Shown here piece by piece: positions 48,931 to 58,557 of a stretch of DNA of 64,000 bases. The notes under the pieces are model-generated. The model saw only the letters and a program-made list of their open reading frames with translations, did not search any database and had not been told where the DNA came from. The stretch comes from Patescibacteria group bacterium (GTDB lineage: Bacteria > Patescibacteriota > Minisyncoccia > Phycocordibacterales > UBA1550). The position numbers and the translations under genes are program-made. The stretch spans positions 687 to 64,686 of the forward strand of contig JBBUDU010000002.1 in NCBI GenBank assembly GCA_038057125.1, written 5' to 3'. Each line of letters starts with the position of its first letter. The first letter of the stretch is position 1.

Positions 48931-49617
48931 TTAATACGCCAAAACTCTGGTAATGGTCGCATAACAGGTAGTTGAGGTCACATTGCCACCAGTGCAATTA
49001 CCGTAGATATCACAAACAAGTGGTTCTTCAGAAGTTGCGGTACAAGACTCTGTGGGAGTGTTAGAAAAAGTATGACTACCTGTATTGCATGGAGTCCTAG
49101 TCGGTGGTGGATATACCCATCCACCTACTGGTTCGTTAGTATCCTGACAATATACATTTTGGGTCTCGCTCCAATTCTGGTACTGCGTCCACCCAGAAGG
49201 GATTGTGGAGGGGATGTTGCAGGTATTTTTGTTGCCACCTATTGGGGACAATGTCCCACCTGCGAGAATACAATCTTGGAATGTGTGTATTGCGTAAATA
49301 AGAAACCCTCCTGCTGGGGTGGTGGTAGCATTTACACTGCTCAAGCATACAGCGCTACCGGTAACACTAGTACAAACATCATTCGTCGAGCCAATAGGTC
49401 CTGCTATAGTAAGCGTCGCCGATGATGTAGCAGAGCCTATCGTAAGCGCTCCTCTTTTTGTCTGTGCCGTAGGACCCTCGTTTATTGGTTCTTCCGCATT
49501 TAGAGCCGGAGGATTTGCCGAGGGTGCCGTCGTCCACGCAAGAGCATAGCTCAAACCAAATGAGAGCACGACTGCAAGAGCGGAAACCTTTAGGGCGTTT
49601 AGTAGTTGAGTTCTCAT
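48931..49617 (-). CDS. Cys-rich secreted protein, paralog family A (copy 3, no small partner)
   Basis: MRTQLLNALKVSALAVVLSFGLSYA signal. Shares GWTQY..W.ETQNVY and PCNTGSHTFSNTPTESC blocks. Confidence 0.6.
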   Translation of the reverse strand: MRTQLLNALKVSALAVVLSFGLSYALAWTTAPSANPPALNAEEPINEGPTAQTKRGALTIGSATSSATLTIAGPIGSTNDVCTSVTGSAVCLSSVNATTTPAGGFLIYAIHTFQDCILAGGTLSPIGGNKNTCNIPSTIPSGWTQYQNWSETQNVYCQDTNEPVGGWVYPPPTRTPCNTGSHTFSNTPTESCTATSEEPLVCDIYGNCTGGNVTSTTCYATITRVLAY

Positions 49618-49845
49618 GTTGGTTTAAATAAACTTTCGTAATTAAAACTATTAATCACTTTCAGTATACCACGAGAAATTGATAAAAAACACAAGTGTTG
49701 TGGAAAACTCATAATTGGAGCAGTTGAAACAGGAGTAGTTAAAATACTGTTTACCTTTCCCCCTATCATCTATTTCAAGTCATGACTACGGATAGATAAT
49801 AGTATGAAGTTTCGTTCTTCACATAAAACAGAACGGAAGACCCTC

Positions 49846-49909
49846 CACTAAAAACCAAAACAGCAATAGTACGCTATAGCGTACTATTGCTGTTTTGGTT
49901 TTTAGTGGA
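49846..49909. terminator. 30 bp perfect hairpin containing R3-variant core
   Basis: ccactaaaaaccaaaacagcaatagtacgc tata gcgtactattgctgttttggtttttagtgg. Downstream of map. Confidence 0.6.
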
Positions 49910-49964
49910 AAAGTTTTAATACCAGCCCGTTTGGGGACTTTGCAGAACAAAAAAGTTACTACGC

Positions 49965-50741
49965 CTACTCCCTCTTTGTCAAAACCTCCGGCGCGCCGTC
50001 TGTGATAAGAATGGTGTGCTCAAAATGCGCAGAGCGTTTACCGTCCTTGGTGGCGTATGTATGGCCGTCAGGCATTAGCTTGATATACCTTGTACCCTCG
50101 TTCACTATAGGCTCAAGAGCGAGTACCATTCCTTGCTTCAAGCGCATACCCTGCCCCCTGTCGCCGTAATTTGAAATGTGTGGGTCTTCGTGCTGATGAT
50201 ATCCTACTCCGTGTCCGCCAAGCTCCTCCACAACCACAAAACCATGCTCTTTCACATATTTTTCGATAGCGTAGCCAATGTCGCCTACAGTATTGCCCGC
50301 ACGTGCCGTCGCAATGCCTACAGTGAGTGCGCCGTCGGTCACCGCAATTATTTTTTTTGCGGTATCATCTATTTGTCCCACGGGAACAGTGAGTGCTGAG
50401 TCCGTAAAAAACCCTTTATGCTTAACGCCGGTGTCAATCCCGACAATGTCGCCTTCTTTAAGCACTCGGTCGCCACCAATACCGTGCACGATTTCATCAT
50501 TTACCGAAATACAGAGAGTACCGGGATATGCGTGAGGCGACCCTTCCGGAGTATAGTTTAGAAATGCTGGCTCATCGCCATCATCGCGCATCAGCTTTTC
50601 CGCGAGCTGGTCGAGTTCACGGGTGGTGACACCGGGTTTAATGGCATCCCGCAAAGTAGACAAAATACGCGCGAGGCGCTTGCCACCTTCGCGAATAATC
50701 GCAATTTCTTCTTTAGTTTTTATAAATCCTTGTTTTGGCAT
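49965..50741 (-). CDS. map: type I methionine aminopeptidase
   Basis: Metal ligands D/D/H/E/E pattern, 258 aa, follows adk-secY. Confidence 0.93.
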   Translation of the reverse strand: MPKQGFIKTKEEIAIIREGGKRLARILSTLRDAIKPGVTTRELDQLAEKLMRDDGDEPAFLNYTPEGSPHAYPGTLCISVNDEIVHGIGGDRVLKEGDIVGIDTGVKHKGFFTDSALTVPVGQIDDTAKKIIAVTDGALTVGIATARAGNTVGDIGYAIEKYVKEHGFVVVEELGGHGVGYHQHEDPHISNYGDRGQGMRLKQGMVLALEPIVNEGTRYIKLMPDGHTYATKDGKRSAHFEHTILITDGAPEVLTKRE

Positions 50742-50807
50742 ATTTTACAAATATTACAACACACTTTTTATTTCCATAGGCAATTCCTATGGAAACTATG
50801 GAGATAA

Positions 50808-51401
50808 CTATATTCCCATGCCTTTTTTCACATCGCTAAATACTTGCTCGGGTGTTTGCTCGCCGTTTATTTCAAGGAAACGATACGTAGGGCTTTTTCG
50901 ATAATAATCGATTGCGGGAACTACATCTTTGGTAAAAAAGGCGAGTCTGCTTGCCACAACTTCCGGATCGAGGTCGTCCGCGCGTCCACGCCCTCGCAAG
51001 CGATCTTCCGCCCACCCTTGTGACACATTCAAAAAAATGACCGCGGAATCTTTGCGTTTATAAAACGGAAACGCCGTATCAAGAATCTTTGCTTCATTGA
51101 GCGACCTTGGTGTACCGTCAAAGACAATGTGCTCGCCTCCGCGAATCTTTTCTGTAAACAAGTGCGACCAAATCCACACAGCGAGAAAGTCCGGCTGGCG
51201 ACCGCCTACGTCGTTCACTTTTCGCGCAAGATCCCATGTATACCCCGAATCTTTTACATGCCGACGAAAATGATCCCCCGTTTCAATGTAGAGAATAGGG
51301 ACTTTAGGGTCTTGCTCAACTAAGAGCTTTTGAAGCATTCCCGACTGCATCCCCTTTCCTGCACCGGAGCGTCCGATAAAGATGACTGTTTGCAAATCCA
51401 T
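50808..51401 (-). CDS. adk: adenylate kinase-like nucleoside monophosphate kinase
   Basis: P-loop GRSGAGKGMQ, position secY-adk-map. Start re-set to MDLQTVIFIG. Confidence 0.7.
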   Translation of the reverse strand: MDLQTVIFIGRSGAGKGMQSGMLQKLLVEQDPKVPILYIETGDHFRRHVKDSGYTWDLARKVNDVGGRQPDFLAVWIWSHLFTEKIRGGEHIVFDGTPRSLNEAKILDTAFPFYKRKDSAVIFLNVSQGWAEDRLRGRGRADDLDPEVVASRLAFFTKDVVPAIDYYRKSPTYRFLEINGEQTPEQVFSDVKKGMGI

Positions 51402-51600
51402 TTTGTCAGTGTAACAAGAAACGAGCGAAAACAAAAACTCCCCCCGGTGTACCTATTTTGTCCTATCGGCGTAAATAGGTACACTGGGAAATTTGTTGAT
51501 TTATAAAAAAATAGCGTTAAAATAAAGCGGGGGTTGCGCTACGCGCAACCCCCGCTTTATTTTCTACTTTTCACTTTTCACTTTCGAATTGCGCGAAGTG

Positions 51601-52872
51601 CTAATACTCCCTCATCGTTATCTGCGCGTCAACTTTTTTCACAAGGTCAAGAACAACGGAAACGATAATAAGAAGTGCTGTACCGCCAATAGCGAGGCTC
51701 GCCACATTGGTCAAGTTTTGCATGATGAGCGGTAACACGGCAATCGCTCCAAGGAACACTGCGCCCACAAGCGTAATGCGCGTTAATATTTTTGAAAGAT
51801 ATGCTGCTGTTGGGGGGCCGGGGCGGATGCCGGGAATGAACGCGCCGTTTTTTTGAAGATTGTTTGAAATTGCTTCTGGGTCAAACGTAACCGCAGTGTA
51901 GAAAAATGTAAACACGAAAACAAGAAAAAAGTAGAGTGCGCCGTTTATCCAGCCGTTTGCAAGCACTTTTTGAATAAAAATAGCTACCGACTGGATCGTG
52001 CCGCTACCCATCGTCGAGAGAGCATTTGCAACAACGGTTGGAAAAACCAAAATGGAGAGAGCGAAAATAATCGGAATCACTCCTGCCTGATTAACACGAA
52101 GAGGAAGGTATGTCGTTGTGCCACCGGTCGAGCGACCTCCGCGAACTTGCTTTGCGTAGGTAACGGGAACAGGACGCTCGGCTTCTGTCATAAACACAAC
52201 GGCAATAATAAGAAGTATCGTTGAGACAATCGCCGCAATGAAAATTGGAATCTGTGATACATCGAAAGTGAACAAAAGCTGTCCGATTGTTGACGGAATC
52301 ATTGAAACGATACCGGCAAAAATAATGAGTGAGACACCATTGCCGATTCCAAACTCTGAAATGAGCTCTCCAATCCACATAAGAAGCATCGAACCTGCCG
52401 CCACGATAATCGTATTTGTAAAAATCTCGAAAGGGGTAAGGCCGACGAGAACCCCCTGCTGGGTCAAATATGCTATAAGTCCATAGCCTTGCATCAAAGC
52501 GAGAGGGACAGAAAGAAAGCGCGAGTACTGAGTCATCTTGCGACGACCAATCTCTCCCTCTTCAGTCTGCATCGCTTTAATCTTTGGCGACATCATCGTC
52601 AAAAGCTGCATAATAATCGACGCTGTAATGTATGGACCGACACCAAGCATCACGATAGAAACAGCAGAGAGACCACCGCCTGTAAGGAGATTCAAAAAGC
52701 CAAGCGCTTGGTCGTTTGCGAGAAGCGCTCCGATGTTTTGCCCAGCCGCCGCAGGAATAGGGATATTCGCGAGTAAACGAAACAACACCAGAGCGGCAAG
52801 CACAAAAAGAACCCGACGGCGAAGCACGCTGTCATCTACGATCATTTTTAGTTTGCGGACAAGTGTTTCCAT
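51601..52872 (-). CDS. secY: preprotein translocase subunit SecY
   Basis: 10-TM, 423 aa, after rplO. Confidence 0.95.
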   Translation of the reverse strand: METLVRKLKMIVDDSVLRRRVLFVLAALVLFRLLANIPIPAAAGQNIGALLANDQALGFLNLLTGGGLSAVSIVMLGVGPYITASIIMQLLTMMSPKIKAMQTEEGEIGRRKMTQYSRFLSVPLALMQGYGLIAYLTQQGVLVGLTPFEIFTNTIIVAAGSMLLMWIGELISEFGIGNGVSLIIFAGIVSMIPSTIGQLLFTFDVSQIPIFIAAIVSTILLIIAVVFMTEAERPVPVTYAKQVRGGRSTGGTTTYLPLRVNQAGVIPIIFALSILVFPTVVANALSTMGSGTIQSVAIFIQKVLANGWINGALYFFLVFVFTFFYTAVTFDPEAISNNLQKNGAFIPGIRPGPPTAAYLSKILTRITLVGAVFLGAIAVLPLIMQNLTNVASLAIGGTALLIIVSVVLDLVKKVDAQITMREY

Positions 52873-52879
52873 ATGATAA

Positions 52880-53326
52880 TTATTTTACCGTGCCTCCGAG
52901 TTTTTCAATAGCCGCCTTCGCAGATCCTGAAACAGCGCATCCGCGGATGTCGAGTTTTTTGTCGAGAACGCCTGTGCCGAGAATTTTTATGATAGGAACC
53001 TTGTTACCTTTTTTCTCAATAAGAGCATGTTCGAGAAGCACTTTTGGCGTAACACGATCTCCTGACTTAAATTCAAGACTCAAAATGCCGATATTCAAAA
53101 CAACAAAGTGAACGGCTTCTGTCTTCCATTGATTGCGTGACACACCTTCTCCGCGAAGCTTTGGGAGCTTCTTTATAGTATCACGCATTTGAGGGCGTTT
53201 TTTGTGTCCGGCGCGCGCGTCTTGACCTTTGGTTCCACGACCAGAAGTCTTGCCTCGCTTGCCACCGCGACCGACAACTTTCTTTGTCGCTCGAGGCATT
53301 CTTGTTTTTACTTCGTGTGCTTGCAT
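52880..53326 (-). CDS. rplO: 50S ribosomal protein L15
   Basis: GRGGKRGKTSGRGTKGQ glycine/arginine-rich N-terminus. Confidence 0.9.
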   Translation of the reverse strand: MQAHEVKTRMPRATKKVVGRGGKRGKTSGRGTKGQDARAGHKKRPQMRDTIKKLPKLRGEGVSRNQWKTEAVHFVVLNIGILSLEFKSGDRVTPKVLLEHALIEKKGNKVPIIKILGTGVLDKKLDIRGCAVSGSAKAAIEKLGGTVK

Positions 53327-53340
53327 AATAGTATTTTAAA

Positions 53341-54021
53341 TTAGCTCGTTGACTCTGCGTTTGAAGCGCGACTTGTCCACTTACCGCGAAGCTGGCTCAA
53401 GGCCTTTACAGCGGCGCGAGCATTGTTCAGTTTGTTTTTTGAACCGGAAAGAATTTTTGCGCGCACATTCTTGATGCCAGCAAGCTCGAGGACATTACGC
53501 ACGGAGCTTCCGGCAACCATACCACGGCCCTTTGCCGGCATAATCATAACCATTGCTGAAGATTCTTTTGCCGAAACCGCATGTGGAATCATCATTCCGC
53601 TATCGAGGCGAACTTTGATCATATTCTTTTTGGCATTTTTTGTTGCCTTTTCAATTGCGGCTGCAGTGTCAGCGGCCTTGCCGATACCAACGCCCACAGA
53701 ACCCTTGCGATTTCCCGCAACAAGCGCGACAGAAAATGAGAAACGACGACCGCCGGCGATCACACGAGTCACACGACGAATCTGTATGAGTTTATTATCA
53801 AACTCTGGCTTGATACGTTCGAACCCTGCGCCACGGCCACCGCGTGATGAACCGCCCTTGCGAGCGCCTGCACCACTGCGACCAGCAGGTGCACCACGGC
53901 GAGCCTCTCCTCCGCGTGAGCCAAATGTTGGACGCGTGGACGGAGTGCGTGGAGCGACCATCGCTACCGGCACATTCGCCTCTGTCTTTTCGTTCTTTTC
54001 GTTTACAATGTTTTCTGTCAT
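53341..54021 (-). CDS. rpsE: 30S ribosomal protein S5 (N-terminal extension)
   Basis: dsRBD plus S5 C-domain. GR-rich low-complexity N-extension. Confidence 0.9.
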   Translation of the reverse strand: MTENIVNEKNEKTEANVPVAMVAPRTPSTRPTFGSRGGEARRGAPAGRSGAGARKGGSSRGGRGAGFERIKPEFDNKLIQIRRVTRVIAGGRRFSFSVALVAGNRKGSVGVGIGKAADTAAAIEKATKNAKKNMIKVRLDSGMMIPHAVSAKESSAMVMIMPAKGRGMVAGSSVRNVLELAGIKNVRAKILSGSKNKLNNARAAVKALSQLRGKWTSRASNAESTS

Positions 54022-54036
54022 AAAAATATAAAATAT

Positions 54037-54399
54037 CTAAAATACCAACCCGCCCTCGCGCGCGCCCTCGGCAAATGCGCGCACACGACCAGTGTAGATA
54101 AATCCGCCACGGTCGAATACAACCGCTGAAAGACCTTTCGCCTTTGCGCTCTTTGCAAGAGCCACTCCTGCAAGCCTAGCACGCTCAGTTTTTGTCTTCG
54201 CTTTCTTGTCTTTTGGCTGTCCCATGTCTGACACAGCAGAAAGTGTAACTCCCTTTGTGTCATCGATGATTTGCGCGTAAATGTAACTGTTTGACTTGAA
54301 AATAGCGAGACGTGGGCAGATAGAAGTACCCGAAACCTTCGCGCGGATACGTTTGTGCCTTCTGATGCGCTGTTCGCTTTTTGTTAATTTTATAGTCAT
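54037..54399 (-). CDS. rplR: 50S ribosomal protein L18
   Basis: 120 aa, operon position. Confidence 0.9.
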   Translation of the reverse strand: MTIKLTKSEQRIRRHKRIRAKVSGTSICPRLAIFKSNSYIYAQIIDDTKGVTLSAVSDMGQPKDKKAKTKTERARLAGVALAKSAKAKGLSAVVFDRGGFIYTGRVRAFAEGAREGGLVF

Positions 54400-54415
54400 G
54401 ATCGTTTAATTAAAG

Positions 54416-54949
54416 CTATGCGGACTTCTTACCCTGCTTGCGACGAACGACCTCCGACCCATAACGAATACCTTTACCCTTGTAAGGCTCCGGCTTCTTT
54501 TTTGCGCGCACTTGTGCGGCAAACTGACCGATGGATTCTTTGTTGATTGATGACAAAGTAAGAGTGTTTTTTTCTACCAACACTTTCACATCCTTTGGAA
54601 TTTCCATAGGAACCTTGTGTGAGAAACCGAGACTAAACACGAGCGTATTGCCCTGCGTCTCCACCTTGTAACCAACGCCTTCAATAATAAGCTTTTTCTC
54701 AAAGGCTTTGTTCACACCAATAACCATATTCACCAAGTGTGATGCGTAAGTGCCCCAAAGAGCCCTTGCTTCTTTTGAACTATTTTTGGGGGTAAATACC
54801 ATTGTCGCGCCATCAACTTTGATGTCCACAGGACCATTGAAGTCACGGGTGAGCTCGCCCAATGGGCCCTTCACGGTAATTACCGTACCGTTTTGAGTGA
54901 CGGTTGTGCCCGCGGGAATCGTTACGCCTTTTTTTCCAATTCTTGACAT
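54416..54949 (-). CDS. rplF: 50S ribosomal protein L6
   Basis: MSRIGKKGVTIPAGTTV canonical start. Confidence 0.93.
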   Translation of the reverse strand: MSRIGKKGVTIPAGTTVTQNGTVITVKGPLGELTRDFNGPVDIKVDGATMVFTPKNSSKEARALWGTYASHLVNMVIGVNKAFEKKLIIEGVGYKVETQGNTLVFSLGFSHKVPMEIPKDVKVLVEKNTLTLSSINKESIGQFAAQVRAKKKPEPYKGKGIRYGSEVVRRKQGKKSA

Positions 54950-54967
54950 ATAATAAATATTAAATCA

Positions 54968-55357
54968 TTACCAAATCTTAAAAAGTGCCTCACCACCAAC
55001 TCGACCTTTCCTTGCTTCGTCTCCGGTCATAATCCCCTTTGGTGTAGAAATAATCACCAAACCGTAACCGTTCCTAATTTGCTTAATCTCATCCGCCTTT
55101 AGGTAGAAACGGCGAGAAGGCTTTGACATACGCAAAATCTCAGACACGCGAGGCGACTTGCCCTCGTACGCAATACCAATCTCAAGAGTCTTTCCTACTT
55201 TCTTGCCTTTTTTTGCATACGAAGCAATGTAGCCCTGCGCAAAAAGAACCTTGGCGATATTTTCTTTCAACTGAGAAAAAGGCATCTCGGCAATGTCCTT
55301 GCCGGCTGTACCTCCATTCTTGATGCGAATAAGCATGTCTGCGATTGGGTCGTGCAT
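54968..55357 (-). CDS. rpsH: 30S ribosomal protein S8
   Basis: MHDPIADMLIRIKNG canonical start. Confidence 0.93.
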   Translation of the reverse strand: MHDPIADMLIRIKNGGTAGKDIAEMPFSQLKENIAKVLFAQGYIASYAKKGKKVGKTLEIGIAYEGKSPRVSEILRMSKPSRRFYLKADEIKQIRNGYGLVIISTPKGIMTGDEARKGRVGGEALFKIW

Positions 55358-55369
55358 AAAAATAGTGAA

Positions 55370-55555
55370 TTACCAAGAAGACTTCTTAACTCCGGGAATC
55401 TTGCCGTCGTTTGCAAGCTCGCGGAAACAAATACGGCAAAGATCAAAATCGCGCATATAGCCACGGCGACGACCGCAGTTGAAACAGCGGCGCACAATAC
55501 GCGAGCTAAACTTGGGCTTCTTTTGGGAGCGGACGATTGTTGATGTTTTTGCCAT
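55370..55555 (-). CDS. rpsZ: 30S ribosomal protein S14 type Z (zinc-binding)
   Basis: 61 aa, CxxC...CxxC ([20 protein letters not shown]). Confidence 0.9.
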   Translation of the reverse strand: MAKTSTIVRSQKKPKFSSRIVRRCFNCGRRRGYMRDFDLCRICFRELANDGKIPGVKKSSW

Positions 55556-55901
55556 GTTAGTTTTTCTTATGAGCCATGCGAATTAGAAAACCTTACATCC
55601 AGCACTTATTTTGAAAAGGTTTTCAAAATAAGTGCTGGATTCGTAATTCAATGTCGCTTCGCTCGTTGTCTTACGAATTTTTGCCAATATCACACGCAGG
55701 TTCTTTTGAAGGCTGCCTTGAACGGAAGCTTGCAAAAGAGTGTGCGTGGATTGCTCAAAAAACCCGTACGAGCATCCTATCATACGGGGAAATAATGTCA
55801 ATCACTGTTAATTGATTTATTGTTTTTAGCATTGACAAAAATAACATAATATGCTAGCATGTTAGGTAGATAACTAATACCATAAACATGGAGGAGGGAT
55901 T

Positions 55902-56255
55902 ATGCCCGCACCACAGTTTGGAATCGCACGCAAAAAGAAAGATAAAGATACTATCTCAACGATCGCCACAGTTGTAGTGGTTAAACACACCGAGATTCCT
56001 ACCCATCGCAAAGTAGATATGTTTCTTCAATTGGCGGCGGATGGGAAAGATTTCCCGTCACTCCATGTGTTCGCCGAGGCGAATGGAATCGGTCATGTGG
56101 GTGTCGTGAAGCAAAAACTTTACGACACCCAAAAAAAAGAGAAGGAAAAATACAAAAAGGAGAAGCGCGTGCGGCACGAGCAAAATCTCGCCATGCGCGC
56201 GGCCACACAGAGTGCCTCCGCAAAGAAACACGACAGTGGCAAAAAGAAAAATTAG
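55902..56255 (+). CDS. hypothetical Lys-rich protein inserted in the ribosomal protein operon (opposite strand)
   Basis: Own TTGACA...TATGCT promoter at ~55833, GGAGGAG RBS, terminator hairpin plus T-run at 56268-56306. No recognisable domain. Confidence 0.5.
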   Translation: MPAPQFGIARKKKDKDTISTIATVVVVKHTEIPTHRKVDMFLQLAADGKDFPSLHVFAEANGIGHVGVVKQKLYDTQKKEKEKYKKEKRVRHEQNLAMRAATQSASAKKHDSGKKKN

Positions 56256-56394
56256 CTACAATACAACACCGCACGTCCAAAACAGACGCGCGGTGTATTT
56301 TTTTTAGATGTAACAAAAAAGGCGCTTTTTAAAGGCGCCTATTTAGAAGAAGTTTTTTGTTTAATTGTTTTGTTGAAAATGCCTTTGGCTCCCT

Positions 56395-56618
56395 TTATTC
56401 CGGAAGCAAGACAAGCCCTCCATAGGGAGAGACGCAAGGTTGACCGAATCTGTGTTCCGTCCCATCACATCCGCAAGTGTGTGGCACGGAAACCGGAGCA
56501 CCTCCAATCGATACCATCTCCGCTCCTGACCCATCGTCAAGAGAATCGAGTATTGGTACACCACCGCTTTTTGGCACACCATGGTTAATGGTTTTGTGAC
56601 CTTGTTTTTGTGACATGA
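56395..56618 (-). CDS. hypothetical 73 aa Gly-rich, Cys/His-containing peptide co-directional with rplE
   Basis: Start re-set to ATG 56618 preceded by AGGAGAAGGA RBS. ...PHTCGCDGTEHRFGQPC... possible Zn-binding knuckle. Not a known r-protein. Confidence 0.4.
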
Positions 56619-56722
56619 TCCTTCTCCTAGTTAAAGTACTGTTGAATACGCCCCATGCATACTTCAATTACCTCTTTTATTATGCCACTCCAGCAGAAAA
56701 TTGCAATGCCCAAGAATGCAGT

Positions 56723-57295
56723 TTACGCGAGTGTAGTTTCCTTTTTCATAGGAACTCCAATAACCTCGAAAAAACGAGTTGCCTCTTTTTTGTTTTTCGC
56801 GGTTGTCACAATAGTAATTGCAAAACTAAATAGATCCTTCACTTCTTCATCTGAAACCTCAGGAAAGACTGTTTGCTCTTTTACTCCGAGGGTAACATTC
56901 CCCATTTCATCTATACTCTTTTTCTCATAACCGCGAAAGTCACGAGTTCGTGGAATGGCAACGTTGAAAAACTTGTCGAGAAAGCCAGCCATGCGCGCGC
57001 CACGAAGAGTTACGGCAACACCAATCTTGTCGCCTTCACGAACCTTGAATGCGGCAATGGACTTTTTTGCGGAGCGGAGCGAGGGCTTCTGTCCGGTAAT
57101 CTTTGCAAGGCGTCCCATTATCATTTCGTTTCTGTTTTTATCTTTTGAACGACCTGTTGTTGCAGACACAACAACTTTCACGAGACGAGGAGCTGCGAGC
57201 TTGGACTTGTAGCCAAAATCTTTCTTCATTACCTCGAAGGCGGTTGCCTGCTTTTCGCGGACTGATTTCATTGCTGATTTCGTTTCTGTTTTCAT
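56723..57295 (-). CDS. rplE: 50S ribosomal protein L5
   Basis: 190 aa, conserved L5 core. Confidence 0.9.
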   Translation of the reverse strand: MKTETKSAMKSVREKQATAFEVMKKDFGYKSKLAAPRLVKVVVSATTGRSKDKNRNEMIMGRLAKITGQKPSLRSAKKSIAAFKVREGDKIGVAVTLRGARMAGFLDKFFNVAIPRTRDFRGYEKKSIDEMGNVTLGVKEQTVFPEVSDEEVKDLFSFAITIVTTAKNKKEATRFFEVIGVPMKKETTLA

Positions 57296-57313
57296 ATTAT
57301 TAAAAATTAAATA

Positions 57314-57622
57314 CTACTTTAGCTCGCTTCCGCTCTTCTTGGTTATACGAACATTCTTGCCTTCAATCTTTTTTGAGCCAACACGCGTACGACTGCCTGT
57401 CTTTGGGTCAACAATCATTACGTTTGATGCATTGATTGGCATTGCCTTCTCAATAATCTGACCTGACTTTCCTTTCTCGCGAGACTTCTCGTGCAATTTT
57501 GAAATATTTGCGCCCTCCACAACCACGCGATTGACAGAAGTAAGAACTTCAAGGATTTTACCTTTCTTTCCTTTGTCCTTTCCTGTAATCACAATCACAT
57601 TGTCTCCTTTTTTGAGTTTCAT
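57314..57622 (-). CDS. rplX: 50S ribosomal protein L24
   Basis: MKLKKGDNVIVITGKDKGKKG KOW motif. Confidence 0.93.
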   Translation of the reverse strand: MKLKKGDNVIVITGKDKGKKGKILEVLTSVNRVVVEGANISKLHEKSREKGKSGQIIEKAMPINASNVMIVDPKTGSRTRVGSKKIEGKNVRITKKSGSELK

Positions 57623-57648
57623 GGTGGTAGTAGGGTAAATAATATTAA

Positions 57649-58020
57649 TTAAAGCACTTCTGGCGCGAGCGAGCCGATTTTGTTGTAGCCGATCTCGGTA
57701 ATTTCGCGCGGGATTGGTCCGAATATGCGACTTGCTTTCGCCTCTTTCTTTTCCTTGTCGACAATAATAACCGCATTATCGTCGAAACGAATATATGATC
57801 CGTCTTTACGACGATATGCGTTGCGCGTACGGACAACGAGGCCTGTGAGAACATCCTTCTTTTTCACCGACTTGCGCGACTCCGCAACCTGCACCGAAAG
57901 AACCACCAAATCGCCAATCATTGCATAGCGTTTCTTTGAACTGCCGAGCACTTTGAAGATGCGTCCGATCTTGCCTCCGGAATTGTCAGTTATTTTTACT
58001 ATTGTTCGTGGTTGAATCAT
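57649..58020 (-). CDS. rplN: 50S ribosomal protein L14
   Basis: MIQPRTIVKITDNSGGK canonical start. Confidence 0.95.
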   Translation of the reverse strand: MIQPRTIVKITDNSGGKIGRIFKVLGSSKKRYAMIGDLVVLSVQVAESRKSVKKKDVLTGLVVRTRNAYRRKDGSYIRFDDNAVIIVDKEKKEAKASRIFGPIPREITEIGYNKIGSLAPEVL

Positions 58021-58023
58021 AAA

Positions 58024-58317
58024 TTAGATATTAGCCGACTGCGATGAAGATTTTCCAACGACTTTGAAAGACTTGTCCTTTGAAATTGGGCGACACTCCT
58101 CAATGGTGACTTCGTCCCCCATTTTGTATTTCCCTTCCTCGTCGTGGGCTTTGTACTTTTTCGAAACCTTCATAAACTTTCCGTATTTTGGATGCTTCAC
58201 GAAACGATTTACGAGAACCGTTACCGTTTTCATCATCTTGTCCGACACGACAGTCCCCTGAAGTCTCCTTCTGGTTATGTTGCTTGTCGTATTCTTTGTT
58301 TTGTTATTTGTTTCCAT
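58024..58317 (-). CDS. rpsQ: 30S ribosomal protein S17
   Basis: [16 protein letters not shown]...HDE OB-fold pattern. Confidence 0.9.
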   Translation of the reverse strand: METNNKTKNTTSNITRRRLQGTVVSDKMMKTVTVLVNRFVKHPKYGKFMKVSKKYKAHDEEGKYKMGDEVTIEECRPISKDKSFKVVGKSSSQSANI

Positions 58318-58325
58318 ATTCGTAT

Positions 58326-58535
58326 TTATGCTGTTACCGAATTAGCTCCAACGGCAGTCTTGCGCAAATTCTCTTCAGTGAGAGCGCGGGCAACTTCTTT
58401 GCGCGCGAGCGCTGACGATTTCACATTCTTTTTTGCAGAGCCTGCGATATCAAAACGAAACGCGCGAACAACCTCCCTTTTTTCATTTAGGAATTTGATT
58501 AGGTCGTCTCCGCTTTTTTGTTTGATTTCTTTCAT
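58326..58535 (-). CDS. rpmC: 50S ribosomal protein L29
   Basis: 69 aa helical, operon position between rplP and rpsQ. Confidence 0.85.
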   Translation of the reverse strand: MKEIKQKSGDDLIKFLNEKREVVRAFRFDIAGSAKKNVKSSALARKEVARALTEENLRKTAVGANSVTA

Positions 58536-58557
58536 ATAAATATATTTATGTTGGAGG

